DNA of 64,000 nucleotides from Luteolibacter sp. (GTDB lineage: Bacteria; Verrucomicrobiota; Verrucomicrobiia; Verrucomicrobiales; Akkermansiaceae). The stretch is taken from NCBI GenBank assembly GCA_051252155.1, contig JBPOGB010000002.1, positions 297,125 through 361,124 of the forward strand, given 5' to 3'. Below, piece by piece: positions 46,758 through 56,300 of the stretch (positions are counted from its first letter, which is position 1; every line of letters begins with the position of its first letter). The position numbers and the translations under genes are program-made. The notes below the pieces were generated by a model that was given only the letters and a program-made list of their open reading frames with translations, did not search any database and was not told where the DNA came from.

Positions 46758-47867
46758 ATGAAATTTGACGGGGCGGGGGATTTCCTGCAGCCTGACGGAA
46801 CGATGAAAGGACAGCGGTTATTTGTGTGTGCGTGCTGCGGGTTGGGGCTGATTGCCTTTTCCCAGCTGCTAGTGGCGGGCATGGCGCTGGCTGTGAGGAT
46901 GGAAGAGAGCCGAAAGGTGAGGATTGTGGAGAAAGAGGTAGAGAAGATTGTGCCGATACGTATCAATGTGCCGGTGGAGGGTGATGAGCTGGTAAGGCCT
47001 ATTGTGAGAGAGAATCCAGTGCTGCCGCCGGTGCCTGAACCGGAGGCGCTTGAGATGCCGGGTATTGTGGATCCGCGTGCGGAGCGGCTGGTAAAAGAAG
47101 GACGAAAGGCGAGGATCGCGGGGGATATGGGGATGGCGATTGTGAAGCTTGAGGAGGCGTTGAAGGAGTCTCCTGAGGATGCGACGGTGCTCTACGAGCT
47201 GGGTATGGTGCATGAGTCGATGGAGGTTTTCAATAAGGCGGCGGAGTATTATGAAAAGGTTTTCCGTCTGGGTGTGTCTGGAGCGGGAGGGCTCTATCAG
47301 GCGGCAGCGACGAAGCTGCGGGATGGTTTTGCACAGCCGACGGATATGATCGGTAGGGTGGCGCTGGGTCGGGTGAGAATTTTCAATGACACCAAGGCTG
47401 CAAGTGGGCAGCGCGTGATCCTGACTGTGCCGGTGCACAAGGCTCCTGATGAGGAGTTAGATACGGAGGACATGGAAGTCTCGGTGTTGTTTTTCAATAA
47501 GGATAACAAAGGTGAGATTTTAAAACTGCAGGATCACCAGCAGCAATGGGCGGTGGCTTCGTGGGCGACGCTTCCGTTCGATTGGGCGGGCGGAGAAGAG
47601 ACGTTGCGTATGGATTATCGTATTCCTGTTCAGGATGCGCAGACGACGCACCTTTTCGGTCAGCCGAAGTATTACGGCCAGGTGGTGACGTTGAAATACA
47701 AGGGCGAGGTGCTAGATGTGCAGGCATGGCCGCGCGATCTTGCGGCGAGGATTGGCCAAGTGGACAATGGTGGCGCAAACGATTTTCCGGAGTTTCTCCA
47801 GGGCGATATGCTGCCGCCGGACTTCGATCCTGAGAATCCGCTTCTCATGCCGCTGCCAGGAAGGTGA
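46758..47867 (+). CDS. Membrane-anchored protein with TPR-like segment and beta-rich C-terminal domain, unknown function
   Basis: ORF 46716..47867. The start is uncertain (ATG at 46758 or 46803). It has a TM helix (LFVCACCGLGLIAFSQLLVAGMALAV) and a TPR-like region (AIVKLEEALKESPEDATVLYELGMVHESMEVFNKAAEYYEKVF). Confidence 0.55.
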   Translation: MKFDGAGDFLQPDGTMKGQRLFVCACCGLGLIAFSQLLVAGMALAVRMEESRKVRIVEKEVEKIVPIRINVPVEGDELVRPIVRENPVLPPVPEPEALEMPGIVDPRAERLVKEGRKARIAGDMGMAIVKLEEALKESPEDATVLYELGMVHESMEVFNKAAEYYEKVFRLGVSGAGGLYQAAATKLRDGFAQPTDMIGRVALGRVRIFNDTKAASGQRVILTVPVHKAPDEELDTEDMEVSVLFFNKDNKGEILKLQDHQQQWAVASWATLPFDWAGGEETLRMDYRIPVQDAQTTHLFGQPKYYGQVVTLKYKGEVLDVQAWPRDLAARIGQVDNGGANDFPEFLQGDMLPPDFDPENPLLMPLPGR

Positions 47868-47899
47868 AATAAACGCTCTTACGAAAAGGTATAAGAATT

Positions 47900-49378
47900 T
47901 TGGAAACGGAAAAAAACTTCGGCGACTATAAGGCTTTGGAATGTGTGGCGGAATCGCGTCACACGCGCACGTGGATGGCTGAGCAGGGCTCGGTGGGACG
48001 GAAGGTGCTGATTGAAGAACTCAAAGAAGAAGCTTCGGCTGAGAGTAATTCCTTTCTTGCGGATGCGAGGGCGAAGGCGGCTGTGGAGCATCCATCGGTC
48101 GGCTCGATCTACGAAGCTTCACACGGTGAAAACGGCTGCTTTTTTGCCTATGAACTACTGCCTGGAGAGACGCTTGCGCAGATGGTGGAATCTGGGAAAA
48201 AGATACCCGCTATCGATTTTGTAAAAGTCTTGGGGAAGATCGCGGAAGCGAATCTGTACCATGAGAGCAAGGGGAACGCGACTTCAGTGCTAGATGCTGG
48301 GTCGGTGTATATCGATGATCACAGTGTGGTGCGTGTATCGAATTTGGCAGTAGCCGGAGATCGCATGCCGGATCAATCACTACGCGATACATTGAAGCTT
48401 GGGCGTTCTTTGGAGCCGCTGCCTGAGCGGGGTATGCCCGGTGCTTCGCGTTGTTTGACCCTGTTGGCATGGATGCGTGGCGAGGAAGTGGTGCAGCCGC
48501 TTTCATGGGGTGCGGTGCAGGATTACTGTGAGCAGATCGAGATGCAGCTTACTGAGCCATCTGATCTGGTGGCTCCGCCGACGAGGGCACTGCGCCCGTC
48601 GAGAAAGATCACTTGGATCTGGAGCACGGCTGCGATCGTAGCCGTGGTGCCGCTGTTGGCTTTTTTCCTGTTGCCGAATGATGATAAAAAAGGCGGAGGT
48701 AAAGCGGCAGAGGCGGCGTGGATAGATATTCAAAAAGGAAATTGGAAAACACCCGACAATCTCAATGTGAAGACCGATGCTTTTCGTATCGCGGAGACAG
48801 AGGTGACGATCGGACAGTATGCAGTTTTCCTAGAGAGGCTGGAGTTGCTGGCGGCAGATGGTGGTGAAGGAATTTTTGATCACCCAGAGCAGCCGGATGA
48901 GAAAAATGATCATGTCCCCGACGATTGGGCGGCGTTGTATGCTGCAGCAAAAGCCGGAGGGGAATGGAAGAGCCAGGAAGTGACTGTGAATACGCCGGTG
49001 GTGGGAGTGGATTGGTGGGATGCTTTTGCGTATGCGAAATGGAATCGCGGATTCTTGCCAACTCGCGAGCAATGGCTGGCGGCGGTGCTTTCTGGTGCAA
49101 AGAATCCTACCGGTCTTCAAGGTGGTGGCTGGCTGCCAATAACGGAAGAGACGATTGACCTAACAAATGACGGCGTGATGGGGCTAGCGGGTTCTGTTTC
49201 TGAATGGACGGCTGAGCCGAGGAAAAGCCCTTCGAATCCACTAGGTGATGCGCTTTGGGTGGTAGCGGGTGGATCGTATCTGAAGCCTGGAAAAGGTGCG
49301 CTCAATTTGGATTACGTGACAGATCGGATGTTGCGAAGGGCGGATCTGGGATTCCGGATCTGTGCGGAAAAGGAGTGA
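47900..49378 (+). CDS. Degenerate protein-kinase-like domain + TM helix + formylglycine-generating-enzyme (SUMF1) domain
   Basis: The N-terminal roughly 230 aa are kinase-like but lack the Gly loop, HRD (reads HESKGN) and DFG (reads SNL). A TM helix (ITWIWSTAAIVAVVPLLAFFLL) follows. C-terminal FGE motifs are present (FRIAETEVTIGQYAVF, VVGVDWWDAFAYAKW, GSVSEWT, DLGFRIC). Confidence 0.75.
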   Translation: METEKNFGDYKALECVAESRHTRTWMAEQGSVGRKVLIEELKEEASAESNSFLADARAKAAVEHPSVGSIYEASHGENGCFFAYELLPGETLAQMVESGKKIPAIDFVKVLGKIAEANLYHESKGNATSVLDAGSVYIDDHSVVRVSNLAVAGDRMPDQSLRDTLKLGRSLEPLPERGMPGASRCLTLLAWMRGEEVVQPLSWGAVQDYCEQIEMQLTEPSDLVAPPTRALRPSRKITWIWSTAAIVAVVPLLAFFLLPNDDKKGGGKAAEAAWIDIQKGNWKTPDNLNVKTDAFRIAETEVTIGQYAVFLERLELLAADGGEGIFDHPEQPDEKNDHVPDDWAALYAAAKAGGEWKSQEVTVNTPVVGVDWWDAFAYAKWNRGFLPTREQWLAAVLSGAKNPTGLQGGGWLPITEETIDLTNDGVMGLAGSVSEWTAEPRKSPSNPLGDALWVVAGGSYLKPGKGALNLDYVTDRMLRRADLGFRICAEKE

Positions 49379-49381
49379 GAG

Positions 49382-49504
49382 TGCTAGTGCCGAGAATGGA
49401 GCGGAGCGACATGGACAGGAGCTATTCGCGACGTGCCCCGTATGGGGGATCGCCGGGGGGCGAGATCAAATCAGTGATCAGTGGAAAGACTGGGGTTGAG
49501 GGCT
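49382..49504 (+). repeat. Dispersed intergenic repeat, long copy (same arms as 46535-46584, separated by 76 nt)
   Basis: TGCTAGTGCCGAG (49382-49394) ... TCAGTGATCAGTGGAAAGACTGGGGTTGAGGGCT (49471-49504). Confidence 0.7.
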
Positions 49505-49515
49505 AATAATTTTCC

Positions 49516-49537
49516 TGCGTAGGTGTCCTCCTACGCA
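49516..49537. terminator. Hairpin between convergent genes (8-bp stem TGCGTAGG/CCTACGCA, 6-nt loop)
   Basis: Read directly from the sequence. It lies between the stop at 49378 (+) and the stop at 49562 (-). There is no strong U-tract on either strand. Confidence 0.3.
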
Positions 49538-49561
49538 AATGCTACGGCGGACTAGCAGGTG

Positions 49562-52021
49562 CTATAGAGACGCCTCAACTTGGGCGAGGAAGCATTCACC
49601 GTCGAGGGTCGTACCTACAGGGAGGGGGTGATTGCCGGGTTGGATGGTTCTGTTTTCTAGATGGAAGCCTGGGAGGACTTTTCCATAGGAACCGGGTTTG
49701 TGACCGGACTGTGAACTTTTTGAGGTCTCAGGGATCGGTGGATGTTGCATCGACATGGCGATGATCTCGCTGCCGATGGCTAGGGCAGGGAGATGAAGGA
49801 GGTTTTCTTTTTCTATGGGCTTCGCTGCGGAGGTGCTGAAGTCGTGGAAATGGATTTCGTTTTCTAGCGTACTGGTAGATTCGATTTGGGTGCGTAGCTT
49901 CGTGGTGCCGATCCAGATTTTTCCGAGCAGTGGGGCGAAGCATTCGTGCTTCACGAGGTGGCTGTTTGTGGTGCGGCAGAATTCTTCGAGGGTGGGGATG
50001 AAATCTACTTCGCCTTCGATGATGTGAATTTCAGAGCCGCGTGGGATGGCATTGAGCTGAGTGAGGCGGTGAGCGGAGATTTGTGTAGGAGTGCCTTTTT
50101 TCGCGAAGCGGCGAGCGACGGCTTCGGTAGATGCCTTCATGAGCGCGGCTTGGACTTCGGCACGGGTGGGCTTGGTTGAGGTGATTTCTTCGCCGATGGC
50201 GATGGACAATGGGTAGGGGATACTGCGTGGGATTTTGCTGAAGAAGCGTCCACGCTCGAAGGAGAATACGGAGCCCCATGAACCATTGACCCAGAGAGGA
50301 AGAATGGGGGATTTTGCCTTTCGGGCGATGAGTTCGAAGCCGCGCTCTATTTCACAGAGACCGCCGGTGCGGGTGAGTTGGCCTTCGGGGAAAAGTGCGA
50401 CGACGTGCCCTGCTTCGAGGGCAGTGATGGTGGTGCGGATGGCTTCGAGAGGTTGGTCGCGGCGGATGGTGACGGTGCCGAAAAGCTTCGCGGAGAGACG
50501 GATGGCGGGGCTTTTCATGAAAGTCTCGTCCATGACAAAACGGACGGGGCGCTCACAGGCTGCGGAGATGAAAAAGGCATCGGCGTAGCTAACGTGGTTT
50601 GGCAGTAGGAGGGCTCCACCTGTTTTTGGGATACGCTCTGAACCGCTGAGTTTGATGCGGTAGATGGACTTCACGATCGCGACACAAATGAGGCGTATGA
50701 AGTCAGCTGGGAGTATGCGGAGGATAAACCAGGTCATCACGCCGCAAGAGAGGCCGACGACGATGAGTTGCATGCGGAATCCAGCGATCTCCGACATTCC
50801 TAGTAGTTTTGCTATAAGGATCATCAGCTCGATACCGATGACGGCGAGGATGCCTGCGAAGCAGTCCTGGAGGTTTACGGCGGACTGGAGTTCTCCGCGT
50901 TTGTCGGCAGGGTAACGATCTTGCATCCATGCATTGAGCGGGGAGAGGAAGAGCGCGGAGGAAAAGGCGAGGAAGCCGAGGCCGATGAGGAAAGGCCAAC
51001 CTCCTGCTGGGAGAAAGGCGAGGATGAGGGCTGAGAGGGTCATCATGATCCCAGCGAGTGGCACCCAGCCGAGTTCGATCTTTTTACGAAGGAGCCATGA
51101 GGCTACGCCGAAGCCGATGGCCATGCCGAGTGACGCGGAGGCCATAAAAATGGAGGAGAGAGTGCCGAAGCCGTCTTTGCCGTCAGTGAGCGATTTTGCG
51201 ACTTTCACGGACCATAGATTGATAAAAGCGGCGAAGCCCCAGAAGTAGGCGACCCCGATGGCGGCGCGGCATAGGCCTTTGTCTGCCCAGAGTTCACCGA
51301 GATCTTTGAAGTGGCTGATGATGAGCTTCCCGGAAAGCTTGGTCTTCGCGTGTGCGGGGACTTTCGGGATGCTGATGGCCATGAGTATCGCTGGCACGGA
51401 GCAGCAGGTGAGAAGGATGAGGGGAAAAAGCGCTGCTTCCCATGGCGCTCCATCAGAGTCACCGAGGGAAATACGGCGGTTATCGAACCACCAGCCCGCG
51501 ACGATCTGGCCGGCGAGGATGGCGAGCATGGCCATCATTTGCTGCACCCCAGCGGCGAATCCGAGGTGTTTCGAGCCGACGAGTTCCTTGTTGATACCGA
51601 TCTTCGCGGGGCTGAAAAAGGCAGACTGCATGGCGAGCATGAAGAAGCCGACGAGAGCGAGCGGCATCTGCTGAATCATGACGGCATAGCAGATGAGCGA
51701 GAGGATGGCGAGCTGGGCGATGGCTGCGCCGATGATGACATTTCGTTTGGAAAAGCGGTCGCTCATCCATCCAGCGAGTGGCGCGAAAAGCACGAAGGGG
51801 ATGGCAATCATCAGGCCGGCGGCGGATTCCACGGAGAAGGTGATTTCCTTTCCTGAGACTTTTCCGAGATAGAACTCGAAAGCCACCGCCCCGCCGAGCG
51901 GGATGAGAATGAACTGCGCAGCCTTGTCGTTGAAGGCGTTTTGCGTTTGCTGGACGATCATGCTCCAGTAACCCGCCCACTGCCGTTTCGTAGGCTCGCC
52001 CTCGGGTTCCTGCTGAGTCAT
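49562..52021 (-). CDS. Fusion of MFS transporter (LplT-like), PlsC-type acyltransferase and a C-terminal remnant resembling an adenylate-forming domain
   Basis: 819 aa. About 12 TM helices are followed by the acyltransferase motif LPNHVSYADAFF (HX4D) and FPEGQLTRTG. The tail contains HKPGSYGKVLPGFHLE, which resembles the AMP-binding-enzyme core motif, but no P-loop-type SSGTTGxPKG motif is present. Confidence 0.75.
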   Translation of the reverse strand: MTQQEPEGEPTKRQWAGYWSMIVQQTQNAFNDKAAQFILIPLGGAVAFEFYLGKVSGKEITFSVESAAGLMIAIPFVLFAPLAGWMSDRFSKRNVIIGAAIAQLAILSLICYAVMIQQMPLALVGFFMLAMQSAFFSPAKIGINKELVGSKHLGFAAGVQQMMAMLAILAGQIVAGWWFDNRRISLGDSDGAPWEAALFPLILLTCCSVPAILMAISIPKVPAHAKTKLSGKLIISHFKDLGELWADKGLCRAAIGVAYFWGFAAFINLWSVKVAKSLTDGKDGFGTLSSIFMASASLGMAIGFGVASWLLRKKIELGWVPLAGIMMTLSALILAFLPAGGWPFLIGLGFLAFSSALFLSPLNAWMQDRYPADKRGELQSAVNLQDCFAGILAVIGIELMILIAKLLGMSEIAGFRMQLIVVGLSCGVMTWFILRILPADFIRLICVAIVKSIYRIKLSGSERIPKTGGALLLPNHVSYADAFFISAACERPVRFVMDETFMKSPAIRLSAKLFGTVTIRRDQPLEAIRTTITALEAGHVVALFPEGQLTRTGGLCEIERGFELIARKAKSPILPLWVNGSWGSVFSFERGRFFSKIPRSIPYPLSIAIGEEITSTKPTRAEVQAALMKASTEAVARRFAKKGTPTQISAHRLTQLNAIPRGSEIHIIEGEVDFIPTLEEFCRTTNSHLVKHECFAPLLGKIWIGTTKLRTQIESTSTLENEIHFHDFSTSAAKPIEKENLLHLPALAIGSEIIAMSMQHPPIPETSKSSQSGHKPGSYGKVLPGFHLENRTIQPGNHPLPVGTTLDGECFLAQVEASL

Positions 52022-52028
52022 GGCCGGA

Positions 52029-52889
52029 TCAGATATGGGTGCCGTTGCATGTCAGGTGCTGATCCATTTCCATGGCGGGATTGCTCTCCTTCGCTTCGCC
52101 GACAACGATCGCAGGCACGCCCGCGACGGTGGTGTGTGCTGGGACATCCGCGAGCACTACACTTCCCGCGCCGACTTTGGCATGAGTGCCGATCTCTACG
52201 CGTCCGAGGATTTTCGAGCCCGCTCCGATGAGCACACCCGAGCGGATGATCGGGTGACGGTCGCCAGTTGCCTTTCCGGTGCCGCCGAGAGTGACCTCGT
52301 GCAGGATGGAGACATCGTCTTCGATGATGGCCGTTTCTCCGACGACGAATGAAGTCGCGTGGTCGAGGAGAATGCCGCAGCCGATGCGCGCCGCCGGATG
52401 GATGTCTGTGGAGAAGACCTCTGAGGAGACGCTCTGAAGGTAAAGAGCAAGCCAGCGGCGGCCATCATTCCAGAGCTGGTGACTCACCCTGTAGGTTGCG
52501 AGAGCCATGAAGCCTTTTAGGAAAAGAAGCGGCTCAAGCGGTGAAAAGCATGCTGGATCGCGCTCGAACATGGCCAGCAAGTCACGGCTGCAAGCGCGGG
52601 CGATCTCAGGATTTCCAGAAATCATTTCTGCGAAAAGCGGCTCAATCATCTCGCGAGGCATATCTTCACGGGCAAGGCGGCGACCGAGACGCGCGGAGAG
52701 TGCTTCTGAGAAACTTCCGCGTGAAAGCACGACATCCTCGACGAGGTGGCGTAGGCTTTCTTCCTCTTCCAGCAGCTTTTCCGCCTCAGCGCGGAGTTGT
52801 GCCCAGAGGTTTTCTAAATTCGCGGCTTCCCCCCTGCATAACTTCATTCCAACCTGTCCCACCGCTTTTTTTTCTCCTTTATCGCTCAT
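52029..52889 (-). CDS. cysE: Serine O-acetyltransferase
   Basis: It has the SATase N-terminal helices and hexapeptide repeats. DIHPAARIGCGILLDHATSFVVGETAIIEDDVSILHEVTLGGTG aligns closely with E. coli CysE. The start may instead be Met15 (52847). Confidence 0.85.
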   Translation of the reverse strand: MSDKGEKKAVGQVGMKLCRGEAANLENLWAQLRAEAEKLLEEEESLRHLVEDVVLSRGSFSEALSARLGRRLAREDMPREMIEPLFAEMISGNPEIARACSRDLLAMFERDPACFSPLEPLLFLKGFMALATYRVSHQLWNDGRRWLALYLQSVSSEVFSTDIHPAARIGCGILLDHATSFVVGETAIIEDDVSILHEVTLGGTGKATGDRHPIIRSGVLIGAGSKILGRVEIGTHAKVGAGSVVLADVPAHTTVAGVPAIVVGEAKESNPAMEMDQHLTCNGTHI

Positions 52890-53304
52890 GAAAATTTCCC
52901 AGAAATTGGAATATGCCTGCCGTGCCCTCGCGCAGCTCGCGAAGACCTATGACGGGAAGACACTTACCCGCCTAGACGACTTGGCGCAACGTGAAGTTGT
53001 CTCCTCGAACTTTTTGGTGCAAATCCTCAACGATGTCCGGAGGGCGGGTTTGATCGACTCTAGGCGTGGCGCCAGCGGTGGTTACACGCTTTCTAGGCCG
53101 CCAGCGAACATCACTCTCAGGCAGATTGTGGATGCTGTGGAGCCCTCTCAGCTGCAAAATACCGTGCTCGCTGGCCAAGGAGATTCTGGCACGGCAGTCC
53201 ATCGGGCTTGGGAGACAGTATCGGGGAAACTGGCGACGGATTTGGACGCGATTACGCTAGAATCAATGGCTAGTCCACCATCTGACCCGATGTTTTATAT
53301 ATGA
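52888..53304 (+). CDS. Rrf2 family regulator without cluster-binding cysteines (CymR-like)
   Basis: The ATG at 52888 gives MKISQKLEYACRALAQLAK...VSSNFLVQILNDVRRAGLIDSRRGASGGYTL. The C-terminal half has no Cys. It is divergent from cysE. Confidence 0.8.
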   Translation: MKISQKLEYACRALAQLAKTYDGKTLTRLDDLAQREVVSSNFLVQILNDVRRAGLIDSRRGASGGYTLSRPPANITLRQIVDAVEPSQLQNTVLAGQGDSGTAVHRAWETVSGKLATDLDAITLESMASPPSDPMFYI

Positions 53305-53357
53305 GTCGCACCTGAACGGCAAGATTGCCTGATTCGCTCCGTATTCAATAACGCCCT

Positions 53358-56300
53358 ATGATTCGCTGGTTCGCCAAAAACGATATTGCCGCCAATTTCC
53401 TACTGTTCGGGATCTTGGCGTGGGGTGCGTGGTCTGCGGTGGAGAAGGTAGCGCTTGAGGTGCAGCCGGCCTTTGAGCAGCAGAGGATCGAAATACGCGT
53501 GGAATACCGGGGTGGCAGCCCGGCGGATACGGAAAAGGCGGTAGTTATACCCGTTGAGGCGGCACTGGAAGGGCTTTCTGGGGTGGAGATGGTGGAGTCA
53601 CGGGCGGGAGATGGAGGTGCAAAGATTACGGTATTTTCTGAATCCAAGTCGGGTCTAAAAGCGCTGCTTGAGGAAGTGAAGACGCGGGTGGAGCGCATTA
53701 ATTCCTTTCCTCCGGAAACTGAGCCGCCCGAAGTGCGAATTCCAGACAGCAGCCGTTGGTTTGATGTGATCAAGATCGCCGTCAGGGGTGATATGGGGGA
53801 GGAAGACTTACTGCGCGCGTCTCGCAAGGTGCGCGATGATTTGATCGCCATGCAGGGTATTTCCCAAGCGATCGTGTTAGGAAGCTCGCCTTTGGAAATT
53901 TCCATTGAGGCGGATCCTCAGCGATTGCGTGATTTTGGGCTGACTTTTGCGGATCTATCTTCGGCGATTCAGAGATCCTCGATAGATCTTCCGGCGGGTC
54001 GTATCCAGACTGATGAGGGTGCGCTGACGATTCGTTCTAAGGGGCAGGCCTACACGCGGGAGGACTTTGAAAGTATCGTGATCAAGAATCGGAGTGGTTC
54101 CGAGGTGACTGTTGGCACGGTGGCGACGGTTACTGACGGCTTTGAAGAGGAGAAAAAGATCATGCATTTTAACGGCAAGCGCTGCCTGCTTATCGAGGTG
54201 CTGCGGCTAGGCGATGAAAACGCGTTAGAAATTGCCGATAAGGTGAAAACTTATGTGGCGTCTGCACCACAGCGTTTTCCAGAAGGCATTTCGCTAGCGG
54301 TGTGGGACGATTCTTCGGAGGAACTGGAGGGTCGCTTGGGCACGCTGATGACTTCGATGCTTCAGGGCGGGTTGCTGGTTTTAATCGTGCTCGGTTTGTT
54401 TCTCCGACCTATGCTGGCGATTTGGGTGATTATGGGTATCCCGGTCGCCTTCGCAGGTGGCTTTATCATGATGCCTTACTTCGGCATCACCGCGAATGTG
54501 ATGTCCATTTTCGGCTTCATTATCGTGATTGGGCTGGTGGTGGACGATGCGATCGTCACTGCAGAAAATGTCTATTACAAGCTGGGCACTGGGATGGATC
54601 CTCTGGATGCGGCGACTGAAGGGACGGCAGAGGTGGCGACTCCGGTGACCTTCGGGGTGATCACGACCATCGTCGCTTTCGTGCCGCTGATGTTCTTCGA
54701 TGGGTTCTACGGATCTTTCACAAGGCAGATACCGCCTATCGTTGCTGCGGTGCTGATTTTCTCACTGATCGAGACGAAGTTCGCGCTGCCGTGCCATCTC
54801 AAGCATGTGAAGGTACACAGGAAGAGTTTGAATGGCCTTGAGCGAGTTCAGAAGCGTATCGCAGGAAGTCTAGAGAAATTCGTGGAAAAATTCTACGAGC
54901 CGACGTTGCGTATCGCGACAAATCACCGCTACATCACGCTCTCTCTATTCCTTGCGGTGGGCATGGCTTCGTTGGGTTATTTTACCTCAGGGAGAATGGG
55001 ATTTGTGAACATGCCTTCCATCGATAGGAATCGCATTTTCGCGATGGTTCAGATGCCTAGAGAGACGAAGATCGAGAAGACTGAAGTACGCACGCAGTTT
55101 GTGGCGGATGCGGTGGAGGAATTGAAGAAGGAGTTCATCGATCCAGGCACGGGTAAATCCGTAATTACGGATGTGCTTACGTCATCAGGTGGCTCGGCGG
55201 GTCGCAACAACATTGATCCAGATGAGGGATTTGTAGTGATAGGCATCACAGATCCGGGGAAACGTAGTGAACCGGGGCCGAAGAATAGCGAGATTGCCCA
55301 GAGGTGGACGGAGTTGGTGGGGGAAATGCCTGACGTGCGGAACTTTTATGTTTCAGGTGACCAAGGCCATGGCAAGGGTACAGACGATGAGCTGGAATCG
55401 CTGCAGGTGGAGATTCGTGGTCCGGACGGTGAGGATAAGGATGAGCTCGTTCGTGAGGTAGAGGAACTTATTGAATCGTATGAAGGTATCGCAGGTGCTT
55501 GGAGTAATTCTGGCGGAGATAGCGACGAACTTCTCATTACCATTCGCCCCGAGGGAGAGGCGTTGGGGCTGACGCAGCGTGAGTTATCACGTCAGGTGCG
55601 TGGTGCATTTTTTGGAGAGCAAGCGCAACGTGTGCGCAGGGAGAGGGATGACATTCGTGTGATGGTGCGCCTGCCGCTTGAGCAGCGTGAGTCACTTGCG
55701 ACACTGGAGACTTTGCGCATCCGCACTCCATCTGGAGGAGAGGCTCCGTTTTATACCGTGGCCACGGCGATTTATGGGAAAGCGCGGTCTAGAATTGAGC
55801 GGATCGATGGAGCGCAGGTTGCTTCTGTGGCCGCGAAGCCGGTTGATGAGACGGTTGATGTGGTGGCTATCTCTCGAGCCCTTGCGCCTGAGATCGACAA
55901 GCTTGTGAATCAACACCGTGACCTTTCATGGCGTTACCGTGGCTATGTGGCGGATCATGAAGAGACGAAGAAGCGCTCGCTCTATGGTGGGCTGGCTCTG
56001 TTCTTTGTATTGTATGCGCTGTTGGCGATACCTTTCCGTTCGCTCTACCAACCGTTCTTCGTGATGCTGGCCGTACCCTTCGGTGCGATTGGCGCGCTCT
56101 TCGGGCACATTTTATTAGGCATTACGCCATCTTACCTCTCGATTTTCGGAATCCTTGCGCTGGCGGGTGTGGTGGTGAACGACTCGCTGGTGATGGTGGA
56201 TTTCATCAACAAGAAAGTCCGTGCAGGCGAGGATCTCAGGACGGCAGTGATTGAGTCCGGGACAAGGCGTTTCCGTCCTATCTTCCTGACGTCGCTTACG

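Noticed and set aside
46499-46966. 155-aa minus-strand ORF with Pro/Gln-rich periodic sequence (QQPQPTNPANKPS...), and the 66-aa plus-strand ORF 46561..46761
   Set aside because: Both are read-throughs of the 13-bp tandem repeat. A 13-nt period forces a 39-nt pseudo-periodicity in any frame. The sequence is low-complexity, and the ORF overlaps the promoter regions of two divergent genes.
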